Below, one piece after another: positions 1-9,550 of a DNA stretch of 64,000 nucleotides. Position 1 is the first letter of the stretch. Each line of letters starts with the position of its first letter. The notes under the pieces were generated by a model. That model worked only from the letters and a program-made list of their open reading frames with translations, had not been told where the DNA came from and ran no database searches. Origin of the DNA: Candidatus Zhuqueibacterota bacterium (lineage in GTDB: Bacteria > Zhuqueibacterota > Zhuqueibacteria > Thermofontimicrobiales > Thermofontimicrobiaceae); the NCBI GenBank assembly GCA_049322915.1, contig JBMOPW010000028.1, forward strand, positions 2,965 through 66,964, given 5' to 3'. The position numbers were made by a program, and so were the translations under genes.

Positions 1-25
1 AATTAAAAATGAGATTAGCAGGATT

Positions 26-358
26 ATGGAGCAGCAAAAGCAATCGTGGAATCGGGGAGAGATCGATGGATTCATGGCATTTTACTGGAATTCGGATCAA
101 TTTACTTTTCAGTCCGGCAACAAAAGATTGGTCGGATGGGAAGAAATGATGGCCATGTACCGGAAAAATTACGCCGGCCCCAGCATGGGCGCCCTGGATT
201 TCACCGATATTCAAATCAATATCATCGATGCGAACAATGCATACGTACTGGGTCGCTGGACTGTGACGACTTCGGAGGCGACCAAACAGGGATTGTTCAC
301 ATTGGTCTTTCGCCAGTTCGAAAATGGCTGGCGCATCATCCACGACCATTCATCATGA
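26..358 (+). CDS. DUF4440 / SnoaL-like (NTF2-fold) domain protein; possibly truncated at the 5' end by the window edge
   Basis: ORF track 26..358. The C-terminal 'GWRIIHDHSS' and the overall hydrophobic pattern are typical of DUF4440. The reading frame stays open back to position 2, so the true start may lie upstream of the window. Confidence 0.55.
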   Translation: MEQQKQSWNRGEIDGFMAFYWNSDQFTFQSGNKRLVGWEEMMAMYRKNYAGPSMGALDFTDIQINIIDANNAYVLGRWTVTTSEATKQGLFTLVFRQFENGWRIIHDHSS

Positions 359-651
359 AACACAGTGTTCAAATTTCGGCGCATCATGCGGAAGGCGCGA
401 TGTAACATTCGTGTCGACCGGATGGTGCGCGGTCGTTTGCCCCGGATGATCCAATCGCGGCAGTCCTTTGCAGCCCCATATTTTCCCGTTGATGCAACGA
501 ATTCATTTTCCCATTTCACCTCTGTCCCACGCTGAAAGTTTTATGAATCTTTTGGCTGAATTTTACTTACATATAGGAGTAAAATTGACTCAAAAGAGGG
601 AGGCGACGAGCGCCTTCTCATACCCGATCCATTCACGTACTCATTCACACC

Positions 652-3600
652 ATGCGAATAAAACGATTTAAGCGGGTCTCCTGCCTGGCGACTGTCCTGA
701 CAATCAGTGCGAAGCAGGTGCGCCGGGGGCTGGTCATGCTGCTTCTTGCCGGGTGGCCGTGGGCGAGCGCCCACATGGTTCAGCCCCGCTTCGATTGCCT
801 CACGTTGCAGGACGGCCTGTCGCAAAGCACTGTGGCGTCGATCATTCAGGATGACCACGGATTCATGTGGTTCGGAACCATCGATGGCCTGAATAAATAT
901 GATGGCTACGATGTGACGGTCTATGAGAATATCCCGGAAGATTCGACTTCTTTAGCAGATGACTGGATCACGTCGCTGTGCCTCGATGATGAGGGCTTTC
1001 TCTGGATCGGCACCCTTTCTCGCGGGCTGTGCAAATACAATCACAGGACTGACCAGTTCACCAATTTCGCTTTGAATGTAGTCCAAGTCGATTCGCCGCT
1101 GCGCCAGCGATTGCTCGCGGAATTACCGTTCACGTTTTCATATCTCAATTACTACACCATAAAATCCATGTTCGAAGACAGCCGCGGCACACTCTGGCTC
1201 GGGACGTTCGGCGGTGGATTGTACCAGTTCGATAGAAAAAATGAGACGTTTGTGCACGTGCCGTTCGTCGATGATCCGACCGGAGGCATGGTGTACAACA
1301 TCATGTCGATCACGGAAACCTGGGCTGGTTCCGATCGGATCCTCTGGATTGGCACCTACGGCGGCGGCCTGGTGCGATTCACCGAGGACGATGGATTTGA
1401 ATATTTGCGCCATGATCCTGACAACCGCAATAGCCTGGGCGATGATCGCATTGTCACAGTTTACCCGGACACCCTGGGTCGCAGCGACGAGCTGTGGATC
1501 GGTACGTTTGGCGGCGGACTGGATCGGCTGGACATTGGCGAAAAGCGATTTCTGCATTATCAGTACGATCCGCGCGATGCCGCCAGTCTCAGTTCGAACT
1601 TCATCCTCTCCATTTTACGCGATGGATGCGGGTCGCTCTGGGTTGGCACGTTCGATGCCGGACTGAATCGGTTCAATTTTGATGAAAACAGGTTCCACCG
1701 ATTTCAGCATGATCCTCTCAATTCGAGCAGCCTCGGCAGTAATGAAGTCCTTTCGCTTTACGAGGATCGTTCCGGCACTGTCTGGATCGGCACGAATTTC
1801 GGCAATGGGCTCAATAAGTTCAACCGCCGGAAGAGCGCTTTTTCCCATTGCTATCACGATCCGTCGAATGCCAACAGCCTCAGCGAGCAGGTCGTGTTCT
1901 CCATCTGCGAAGATCGGGAAGGCATCCTCTGGATCGGCACATTTCAAACAGGGCTGAATCGCTACGACCGTCGCGCCAATCAATTTACCAACTACCGGCA
2001 CAATCCGCAAAATCCCAACTCGCTGAGCGATAATCACATCCGGGCGATTTTTGAGGATAGCCATGATCGGCTGTGGATCGGCACATTCAGCGGCGGGTTG
2101 AATTACTTCGACAGAGAGAAAAACCGGTTCATTCATTTCAAATATGACCCGCTGGATTCGGCCACAATCAGCGGCAATCAGGTGCGCTCCATCTGCGAGG
2201 ATGCTGGCGGCAATCTGTGGCTCGCAGTGTTCGGCAGCGGACTGGACAGGCTGGACCCGCGGACCGGTGTGTTCGAACATTTCCGGCACGACCCGGACAA
2301 TCCCAATACTCTCAGCAATAACAATGTCTATTACGCCTGCGCCCATCCATCCGGCGAGATCTGGGCGGCGACATTCGGCGGCGGGATCAGCGTGTATCAT
2401 CCGGCGACAGGAAAATTCGGGACACTCCGGCATGATCCTTCCAACGCGAACAGCCTGGCCGATGATCGGATCCTGACGATCTGCCTTGATCAGGATCATG
2501 AAGATATCGTGTGGATTGGCACGTTCGGCAGTGGTTTTGATAAGTACAATAAAACGGATCACTTGTTCGCGCATTATGCCCACGGGGACGGACTGCCCAA
2601 TAACGTCGTATACAGCATTTTGCCGGACAGCGACCGGAACCTGTGGCTGAGCACGAATAAAGGCATCTCCAAATTCAATCCGGAGGAGGAGACATTTATC
2701 AATTACGATGTTTCCGATGGATTGCAGAGCAATGAGTTCAATGCCGGCGCGTATCACCTGAGTCGGCTCAGCGGTGAAATGTTTTTTGGCGGGGTCAACG
2801 GATTCACGAGTTTCTTCCCGGACAAAATAGAGGTGAATCAGATAGTTCCCCCGGTCGTGATCACATCATTCAAGATTTTTGATGAAGAAATCACCGATAG
2901 AATCGGCCCGATATTCACGGGCAAGCGCATCGAACTGACGCATAAGGCCAACTTCTTCGCCTTCGAATTCTCCGTGCTCGATTTCACGGATGTGAATAAA
3001 AATTGTTTCGCCTATAAACTGGAGGGTTTGGATAAGGACTGGATTCATAGCGGCACGCGGCGCTACGTCAATTACACCAATCTGGATCCCGGGGAATATG
3101 TCTTCAGGGTGAAGGGGGCCAACAGCGACGGGATCTGGAATGAGCAGGGGACTTCGGTGGAGTTGAAAATCAGACCGCGGTTCTATCAAAACTGGTGGTT
3201 CCATCCAATGGTGGTCAGCTTGCTCATCATGGGCGTCATTGGTTTCTACACCTATCGCATGCGGATGAAAATCAAGCGGTCGGTTGAATTGGAGCGAATT
3301 CGAAATGAGGAGACGGAGCGGGTGCGAAAGACCATTGCGGCTGATTTCCACGATGAACTCGGCCAGAAGCTGACCAAAATTTCCCTGTTCAGCGAGATTA
3401 TCAAACGGAAACTGGTCGGAATTTCCCTGGACAATTTTGAATACATCGAGAAGATAAATACAGCGGCAAAAGAGCTCTCCCACAGCACGCGGGATTTCAT
3501 CTGGTCTGTCAATCCCAGCCAGGACTCGCTGTACGACGTGGCGATTCATCTCAAAGATTTTGGCGATGAATTATTCGACAAGACAGGCATCGATTTCCGC

Positions 3601-3936
3601 GTGCAGGGCATTTCCAGAGAACTGGAACAGGTGAAATTGAATATGGAGTGGCGCAGGCATCTGGTGCTCATTTTCAAGGAAGCAATGAACAATGTGCTCA
3701 AACATGCCGAGTGCAGAGACGTGCGATTTGCGATTCAGTTGCAGGACCGACATCTGGAAATCCGGTTGTCTGATGACGGCCGCGGCTGCAACGTGCACGA
3801 AAATACCAATGGATTGGGGCTGCGCAACATGCAGAATCGGGCCAGATTGATACAGAGCGAAGTGACGATCACGTCCAATAATGGCAACGGGACGCACATA
3901 AAATTCACGGGTGAAATCCCCCAAACGGGTTATTGA
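652..3936 (+). CDS. Hybrid-type sensor histidine kinase: two beta-propellers of Reg_prop repeats, a Y_Y_Y domain, one TM helix, then HisKA_3 and HATPase_c
   Basis: About 14 repeats of the 'W(I/L)GT..GGL..(F/Y)' Reg_prop motif. A Y_Y_Y region ('YKLEGLDKDWIHSG...YVFRVKG') and a TM helix ('WWFHPMVVSLLIMGVIGFYTY') follow. The H-box 'FHDELGQ' is NarX/DegS-type, and the ATPase motifs 'DDGRGC' and 'GLGLRNM' are present. Confidence 0.85.
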   Translation: MRIKRFKRVSCLATVLTISAKQVRRGLVMLLLAGWPWASAHMVQPRFDCLTLQDGLSQSTVASIIQDDHGFMWFGTIDGLNKYDGYDVTVYENIPEDSTSLADDWITSLCLDDEGFLWIGTLSRGLCKYNHRTDQFTNFALNVVQVDSPLRQRLLAELPFTFSYLNYYTIKSMFEDSRGTLWLGTFGGGLYQFDRKNETFVHVPFVDDPTGGMVYNIMSITETWAGSDRILWIGTYGGGLVRFTEDDGFEYLRHDPDNRNSLGDDRIVTVYPDTLGRSDELWIGTFGGGLDRLDIGEKRFLHYQYDPRDAASLSSNFILSILRDGCGSLWVGTFDAGLNRFNFDENRFHRFQHDPLNSSSLGSNEVLSLYEDRSGTVWIGTNFGNGLNKFNRRKSAFSHCYHDPSNANSLSEQVVFSICEDREGILWIGTFQTGLNRYDRRANQFTNYRHNPQNPNSLSDNHIRAIFEDSHDRLWIGTFSGGLNYFDREKNRFIHFKYDPLDSATISGNQVRSICEDAGGNLWLAVFGSGLDRLDPRTGVFEHFRHDPDNPNTLSNNNVYYACAHPSGEIWAATFGGGISVYHPATGKFGTLRHDPSNANSLADDRILTICLDQDHEDIVWIGTFGSGFDKYNKTDHLFAHYAHGDGLPNNVVYSILPDSDRNLWLSTNKGISKFNPEEETFINYDVSDGLQSNEFNAGAYHLSRLSGEMFFGGVNGFTSFFPDKIEVNQIVPPVVITSFKIFDEEITDRIGPIFTGKRIELTHKANFFAFEFSVLDFTDVNKNCFAYKLEGLDKDWIHSGTRRYVNYTNLDPGEYVFRVKGANSDGIWNEQGTSVELKIRPRFYQNWWFHPMVVSLLIMGVIGFYTYRMRMKIKRSVELERIRNEETERVRKTIAADFHDELGQKLTKISLFSEIIKRKLVGISLDNFEYIEKINTAAKELSHSTRDFIWSVNPSQDSLYDVAIHLKDFGDELFDKTGIDFRVQGISRELEQVKLNMEWRRHLVLIFKEAMNNVLKHAECRDVRFAIQLQDRHLEIRLSDDGRGCNVHENTNGLGLRNMQNRARLIQSEVTITSNNGNGTHIKFTGEIPQTGY

Positions 3937-3960
3937 AATTTTAAGGATAATGATTAAATT

Positions 3961-4668
3961 ATGTATAGCCATAGCAAGGGTATCGCTAAGACGTTAAGTG
4001 AGATGTCCAGGACACAGAATGTTTCAACCAAAGAGGACTGGCAAATGATAAACGTGAGCATTATTGAAGATGATGATGAAATTCGGGAGAGCCTTGCGCT
4101 GCTCATCAATGGAACGACAGGCTTTTCGTGCATCAGTAGCTATCGCGATTGTGAGACAGGGATCAAGGGCATCGAGGAGGATCCCCCCAATGTGGTTCTG
4201 ATGGATGTCGGTCTGCCGGGGATGTCCGGCATCGATGGGATTCGGATAATAAAGCAGAAAGTGCCGGACATTGATATTCTGATGCTGACGGTTCACGGCG
4301 ATAGCAAGCTGGTATTTCAGGCGTTGTGCGCCGGCGCCTGCGGGTATCTGATTAAGGACACCCAGCCGGCCCGGCTGTTGGAGTCCATCAAAGAAGCGTA
4401 CGAGGGAGGCGCGCCCATGACGACCCAGATCGCGCGGATGGTGGTCAATTCATTCGAAACGCGGCCGCACACCGACCTCACCCAGCGGGAGACCGATGTG
4501 CTGAGTCAGCTTTGCAAAGGCAAAAGTTACCGCATGATTGCAGAGGCGCTGTTCATCAGCGAGGAAACGGTTCGCCGGCATATTAAGAATATTTACAAGA
4601 AGCTCGAAGTTAGTTCCAAATCAGAAGCCGTTGCCAAAGCGTTCAAAGAACGGCTCGTTCAGATTTGA
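3961..4668 (+). CDS. NarL/FixJ-family response regulator (receiver plus LuxR-type HTH); an alternative start at 4046 ('MINVSIIEDDDE') is possible
   Basis: Receiver motifs 'IIEDDDE', 'LMDVGLPGMSG' and 'ILMLTVHGD' are followed by the LuxR HTH 'TQRETDVLSQLCKGKSYRMIAEALFISEETVRRHIKNIYKKL'. It lies directly downstream of the HisKA_3 kinase. Confidence 0.85.
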   Translation: MYSHSKGIAKTLSEMSRTQNVSTKEDWQMINVSIIEDDDEIRESLALLINGTTGFSCISSYRDCETGIKGIEEDPPNVVLMDVGLPGMSGIDGIRIIKQKVPDIDILMLTVHGDSKLVFQALCAGACGYLIKDTQPARLLESIKEAYEGGAPMTTQIARMVVNSFETRPHTDLTQRETDVLSQLCKGKSYRMIAEALFISEETVRRHIKNIYKKLEVSSKSEAVAKAFKERLVQI

Positions 4669-4896
4669 ATACCTGAATGGCCGGGGCTTCAGGCCTGTCC
4701 GAAGTGGAAGCGAGGTACATACGCTGCCAGAACTGCCCGGGAGTATCACCCATTTGGGTCATGGCGATGCTGACTGATCCTTTGATTCCCGTAAGCCACT
4801 ATCAGTTTTTTCATTCACATCGTCGTTTAATTGACTCGATCAGGGTTTCGACAGATCGAAATAGTGTTCAACATTTCTCAGAGAAGAGGAATTACC

Positions 4897-5289
4897 ATGA
4901 AACGTCTTTTGGTTGTGGAGGACGATCCAAATACGCTGGCAGGAATGGTCACCCTGCTGCGGGATGAGGGGTATCAGGTTCACGGCGTGATCAATGGTAG
5001 TGCTGCGCTGGATGCCATTGCAAATCACCATATCGATATAGTGCTCTGCGATTTTGATCTCCCGGATATCAATGGCTTGAACGTGAGCATTCTGGCGAAA
5101 AGACTTCAGCCGAACGCCCACTTTTTTATGATCACGGCTTACTACGACGACCTGCTGCTAGACGCTGCCGAGAAATGCGGAGTGAAAAAGGTATTCTGCA
5201 AACCGGTGGCGATTCATGACATGCTGGAATCATTGAATAATTCGACGAAACGCCGGGTTGTGAAAAATGCTGTGTCATGTTTTAGCTGA
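4897..5289 (+). CDS. Stand-alone CheY-like receiver domain protein
   Basis: Begins 'MKRLLVVEDDPNTL' and carries 'IVLCDFDLPDINGL'; there is no output domain. An RBS 'agaggaa' sits upstream of the ATG at 4897, which lies inside track ORF 4831..5289. Confidence 0.75.
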   Translation: MKRLLVVEDDPNTLAGMVTLLRDEGYQVHGVINGSAALDAIANHHIDIVLCDFDLPDINGLNVSILAKRLQPNAHFFMITAYYDDLLLDAAEKCGVKKVFCKPVAIHDMLESLNNSTKRRVVKNAVSCFS

Positions 5290-5519
5290 AATGAATTGTG
5301 CGCCTTTTAGTATTTGATAAATGTTTTTCTGACTTTGTCGGTCAGAAAATTTTATAACTTTTGTTGCAACAGGGTCGGCCAGCGCGGGCAATGGCCCCAT
5401 GGTTCGTGATGAATATCCCGAACGATTGGTTTAAGAATCTGTGGCGATCAGTACCATCCGCGTCATCTGTGTTCTATGTCTTTTTTGATTATGGCTTGCT
5501 CAAGGTTAGGGGAAACGAA

Positions 5520-5780
5520 ATGATTCGGATTTTGGTGGTTGAAGATGATACCAATACCCTCACCAGACTCATTCATCATTTGCAGAAAGGGGGGTATCTG
5601 GTCCGCGGGGTTATGAATGGCAATCAGGCGCTGGAGACGCTCGAGAATGAACCAGCCGATATTGTGCTGTGCGATTACAGCGTGCCGGAAATCAACTGCA
5701 CGAAGATATGCCTGCAATTGAAACGGCTGCAGCCGGACGATGTGTTATTGTGGCTTCGCACCTTTAAGCTGCAAAATTAA
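5520..5780 (+). CDS. Truncated CheY-like receiver paralogue of 86 aa; possibly a decaying duplicate
   Basis: 'MIRILVVEDDTNTL...IVLCDYSVPEIN...LKRLQPDD' parallels the gene at 4897..5289 residue for residue. It stops after the equivalent of beta4, so the conserved Thr/Lys region is missing. An RBS 'AGGGGA' precedes the ATG at 5520. Confidence 0.45.
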   Translation: MIRILVVEDDTNTLTRLIHHLQKGGYLVRGVMNGNQALETLENEPADIVLCDYSVPEINCTKICLQLKRLQPDDVLLWLRTFKLQN

Positions 5781-5847
5781 ATTTGACCCAATGACACTTC
5801 AAATAGGATGATTTCATTCGTTGTTTCCAAAACTGCAAGAGCACGAC

Positions 5848-5897
5848 GGGCACAAATGCTCCTTCCTCCTGAACAAGAGCATTTGTGCCTTTTTATT
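5848..5897 (+). terminator. Rho-independent terminator
   Basis: A perfect 13-bp stem 'gggcacaaatgctc ... gagcatttgtgcc' with an AT-rich 'tttttatt' tail lies downstream of the receiver genes. Confidence 0.7.
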
Positions 5898-6038
5898 CTG
5901 ACTCAAAGAAATGAGTCATTCCCCAGGTAGACAGCATGAGGAACGAAGATAATTTACGCGAGCCCTTTTTGCCTGAGTCGAATGGACTGCGTCCGAAGGC
6001 GTGCACTCCGGCAATCTAAAATCGTATGGAGGTACCCA

Positions 6039-7073
6039 TTGAATTGGATTCGAACGTCACCGAAGCTCTTTCTCTATCTTGCAATTTTTTTGATCATTGC
6101 ATGCAAAGACGAATCCATTGTTCCGCAGCAGACGACAAAACCGGAACAGATCCAGGCCACGCTGGAAAGTCTGGAACTATTGGACGACTATCCTCTTTAT
6201 ACCATGCAATATCACGGCGATTATGGCTTTGATGACTATTTGCGGACCGGTGTGTTGAATGCGCCTCCGGGGAAAACAGCGCATCGCCAATCTGCCTCGC
6301 CGAGTCCCCGGTTTGCCTGCACCTGTTTTGCAGCGATGGGGGCCAGCCAGTCCATGGTGTTCAGCCGCAATTTCGATTTCTTCCATCGACCGACGCTCAT
6401 GCTGTTCACGGACCCGCCGAACGGCTGCGCTTCGGTGTCGATGGTGGACATGTATTACCTCGGCTATGACGGATCCCGGTCGCTGGAGACACTGGACGAC
6501 CGCGAAATTCTACTGCAAGCGCCCTATTTGCCCTTCGATGGCATGAACGAGTATGGCGTGACGATTGGGATGATGGCTGTCCCAAATGCTGAACCGCCCT
6601 TTGATCCGAATAAGGTGACGATTTATGAACTGGCGCTCATCCGGCTTGTTTTGGACTATGCCACGACAACGGAGGACGCCATCAGGCTCATTGGCAAATA
6701 CAACCTCGCCGTGGGCAGCATCCCGGTGCATTTCCTCATTGCCGACCCCTCCGGCCATTCGGCGGTGATTGAATTTGTCAATGGAAAAATGCACGTCCTC
6801 CCCAACACCGAGTTGTGGCAGGTAGCGACGAACTTCATCATCTACGGTTCCAATGCGCCGGAGCAAACATCTTGCTGGCGATACGATGCGGCTTACAGTG
6901 ATTTAAAAAAAGCGACTGGCAAGAAAACGCGCGACAGCGCCATGGTGCTTCTCCAGAGGGTCGCCCAGGAATCGACCATGTGGTCCATTGTCTTTGATAT
7001 GTCGAATGTAAAAGTACAGGTGACGGTGGGACAAAACTTCAGTCAGGTCTACAGCTTCGACGTGACGCCCTGA
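6039..7073 (+). CDS. Lipoprotein, Ntn-hydrolase superfamily (C45 acyl-CoA:6-APA acyltransferase-like or choloylglycine-hydrolase-like)
   Basis: Proposed TTG start at 6039 with a GGAGG 7 nt upstream; the track ORF begins at 5982. The lipobox is 'LAIFLIIAC'. The internal 'RFACTCFAAMG' places a Cys at a typical Ntn autoprocessing site, and the product is about 345 aa. Confidence 0.5.
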   Translation: MNWIRTSPKLFLYLAIFLIIACKDESIVPQQTTKPEQIQATLESLELLDDYPLYTMQYHGDYGFDDYLRTGVLNAPPGKTAHRQSASPSPRFACTCFAAMGASQSMVFSRNFDFFHRPTLMLFTDPPNGCASVSMVDMYYLGYDGSRSLETLDDREILLQAPYLPFDGMNEYGVTIGMMAVPNAEPPFDPNKVTIYELALIRLVLDYATTTEDAIRLIGKYNLAVGSIPVHFLIADPSGHSAVIEFVNGKMHVLPNTELWQVATNFIIYGSNAPEQTSCWRYDAAYSDLKKATGKKTRDSAMVLLQRVAQESTMWSIVFDMSNVKVQVTVGQNFSQVYSFDVTP

Positions 7074-7163
7074 AGCTGCGACACTCATGGGGGCAATTCA
7101 GCCTCGGGCTAACGACACTCGTGATTAACCCGTGAAAAAAAATCTGCTAAAGAGGGGAGGCAT

Positions 7164-7889
7164 TCAACCCAATCGTTCCTTCAGTTTTGCAACATAACGC
7201 CGGCTCAACACGACCGGCTTTTCGATATGCTTCAAATAAACGCGGAACGAATAATTGAACCACTCCTCCAGCCGGTCGATGAAATCCATGTTGATGATGG
7301 TCGATCGGTGAATCCTGATGAAATGGCTCTCCGGCAGGCGCTGTTCCCATTCCCGCATGGACTTGTGGGCCAATCCGCGAATGCCTTCGCTGGAGATGAT
7401 TTCGGAGTAATCGCCGGCAGCGGTAATGCACATGATGGTGTTTATCCTCAAAAACTTCATGCGATTGTCGATCATCAGAAACAGGCGGTCCTCGTGGGTG
7501 AGCGGGCGCAGTTCTGAAGGCTCGCTTTTCTGTCCCTGCTCCAGCCGCTCGATGCTCAGCCTCAATCGCTCGGGACTGACTGGCTTGAGCAAATAATCGA
7601 GCGCGTTGATTTCAAAAGCGCGAATGGCATATTCATCAAACGCGGTGATGAAAATGACATTCACGTCGCTGTCGATTTTGTTCAGCAAATCGAAACCGGA
7701 TTCGCCCGGCATTTGAATATCCAGAAAGATGACGTCCGGATTCAACCGCTGCACAGCTTCCAGGGCAGATGGGACATCCTCGGCCTCGCCAGCTACATGG
7801 ATGTTCGCAAATTCAGAAAGCATCGAACGAATATCTTTTCGCGCCAACCGTTCATCGTCCACGATCAGGGCGCTGAATTGCTTATTCAT
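7164..7889 (-). CDS. LytTR-family response regulator (receiver plus LytTR DNA-binding domain)
   Basis: 'LIVDDERLARKDI' and 'FLDIQMPGESGFDLL' mark the receiver. The C-terminal LytTR region reads 'FLRINTIMCITAAGDYSEIISSEG...FIRIHRSTIINMDFI'. Confidence 0.85.
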   Translation of the reverse strand: MNKQFSALIVDDERLARKDIRSMLSEFANIHVAGEAEDVPSALEAVQRLNPDVIFLDIQMPGESGFDLLNKIDSDVNVIFITAFDEYAIRAFEINALDYLLKPVSPERLRLSIERLEQGQKSEPSELRPLTHEDRLFLMIDNRMKFLRINTIMCITAAGDYSEIISSEGIRGLAHKSMREWEQRLPESHFIRIHRSTIINMDFIDRLEEWFNYSFRVYLKHIEKPVVLSRRYVAKLKERLG

Positions 7890-8164
7890 TTTGTTAATCC
7901 TGTCTTTGAGAATTAGTAGTTACTCTGGAATATTTTCGAAATAAAGCTCAGTCACGGAGTGCACGAAAATGCGAAGACAGACAAAAGAAAAAACGAAACG
8001 GATCGCGCCGGAGTTTTCTTCGGAATGGAAATTGAATTCGGACTTTTGTCTGAACCATGATTGTCCCTGATGATGAATATCTTGAAAGATATTGGCCCGG
8101 CATAAATAGGCCGGACAATCCTGAGTTAATTCTTCTCCCTGTAGCCTTCGAGCCCTCTGTGATT

Positions 8165-9238
8165 TTATAAGGAGTTATTCTCGATTTCCAGGGCGACGCA
8201 AACGACACCATCGTTTTCAGTAATGGTCATTGCATGGTGTTCCGGGAATGCATTTTCCAATCGCTGGCGGATGTTATTCAAGCCGATGCCAGTGCTGATG
8301 GTGTTCAGATGTTGAGACGGCTCAATCCATTTTCCAGTGTTACACACTCTAATTTTCAATCGCGATCCATCCACAACCGTCGCGTGGATTTGTATTTTCA
8401 ACGGCATGGGACTTGTCTGCATACCGTATTTGATAGCGTTTTCAATGAGCGGGTGAATGAGAAAACTGAGCACCGGGTAATCTTCAGCCAGTGGATCGAT
8501 CTCAAACTCCACGATGAGCTTGTCCTCGTACCGAATTTTCTCGATGGCGAAATAGTGGCGAATGGCTTCAATTTCATTATTGAGCGGCACGTCCTTGAAA
8601 TTTTTGCTGGTGAGCGAATAGCGCAGGAATTCCGATAACTCGGTGATCATTCTTTTGGCGCTTTTCTGATCCTCATCCACCAGCGCGCGAATGCTGTTCA
8701 ATGAATTGAATAAAAAATGGGGATTCAACTGATAACGCAGCATTTGCAACTGCGCGCTTTGCGCCAGGGCATTTGCCTGTTCAGTCCGCTCCTTTTGCAC
8801 CATCCACTCCTGCCATAGTTTTATGCTGAAATACAGGGCGCTCCAGAGCAGGCAGACAAACAGATGAGACCAGATGCTGCTGATATAATATCTGACAGTG
8901 AGACGGTTCATCAGGTATTCGGCGCCATGCAGGGGAATACTGCAGAAAATATCGGTCCAGAGCCACAGATTGGATGCGATGAGCGAAGCGACGATGACCA
9001 CGCCGGAGAGCGAAAGAATGGAACGGGCAGAATAGTTAATTTTTTTGTAAACCAGGCGCAACAGGTAGGTGATGACAAAACCGATGGTATCTGTGATGAA
9101 AAGTCCAGCCATCACTTTGGAATTGTTCAATCGGTCGGAATAAAAAATGAAAATGTAGGCCAGGAAAAGCGTGGTCCAGCCGGAAATGTGCAGCGCCCAG
9201 AATAGCCGGTTGCTTATTTTTGCCTTCACATATTTCAT
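8165..9238 (-). CDS. LytS/YehU-type sensor histidine kinase with a multi-TM sensor, the His_kinase domain (PF06580) and HATPase_c
   Basis: Four or five N-terminal TM helices are followed by 'LNPHFLFNSLNSIRALV' and an ATPase domain. Start chosen at the internal ATG 9238 (RBS GAGGGA); the track ORF extends to 9319. It lies upstream of the LytTR regulator on the same strand. Confidence 0.8.
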   Translation of the reverse strand: MKYVKAKISNRLFWALHISGWTTLFLAYIFIFYSDRLNNSKVMAGLFITDTIGFVITYLLRLVYKKINYSARSILSLSGVVIVASLIASNLWLWTDIFCSIPLHGAEYLMNRLTVRYYISSIWSHLFVCLLWSALYFSIKLWQEWMVQKERTEQANALAQSAQLQMLRYQLNPHFLFNSLNSIRALVDEDQKSAKRMITELSEFLRYSLTSKNFKDVPLNNEIEAIRHYFAIEKIRYEDKLIVEFEIDPLAEDYPVLSFLIHPLIENAIKYGMQTSPMPLKIQIHATVVDGSRLKIRVCNTGKWIEPSQHLNTISTGIGLNNIRQRLENAFPEHHAMTITENDGVVCVALEIENNSL

Positions 9239-9550
9239 TGCATCCCTCGCGTCGCCCATGAGTCTGTCAGAGAAAAAAAGCCGTGTCACAAAGGTACTGT
9301 TTTCAGCCCAGATTTCCAAAGAAAAAATTGAATTTCGCGCTCACAACGTAATAAATTTTTTCCTGTTGTGAAAGATGAATTAGCCGTGCGGTCGCTGGAG
9401 GCGCTGAGTGGTTGCTCCGAAAAAAAATGCCACTGATCGAACGATACGACCTTTTATCGATTAGGAATTTCTTTTGAGAAAATGAAGTGTTAGGTTGATT
9501 CAGTCAAATGACTTTTCCCGATAAATTGATCTTAACAAAAGGATGATGCC

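Noticed and set aside
1615-2757. A 380-aa minus-strand ORF, plus others at 1138..1557 and 2866..3549, lying inside the propeller sensor kinase gene
   Set aside because: It is antisense to a gene with strong, repeated domain signatures. Long antisense ORFs are expected in GC-rich coding DNA, and it has no motifs or RBS.
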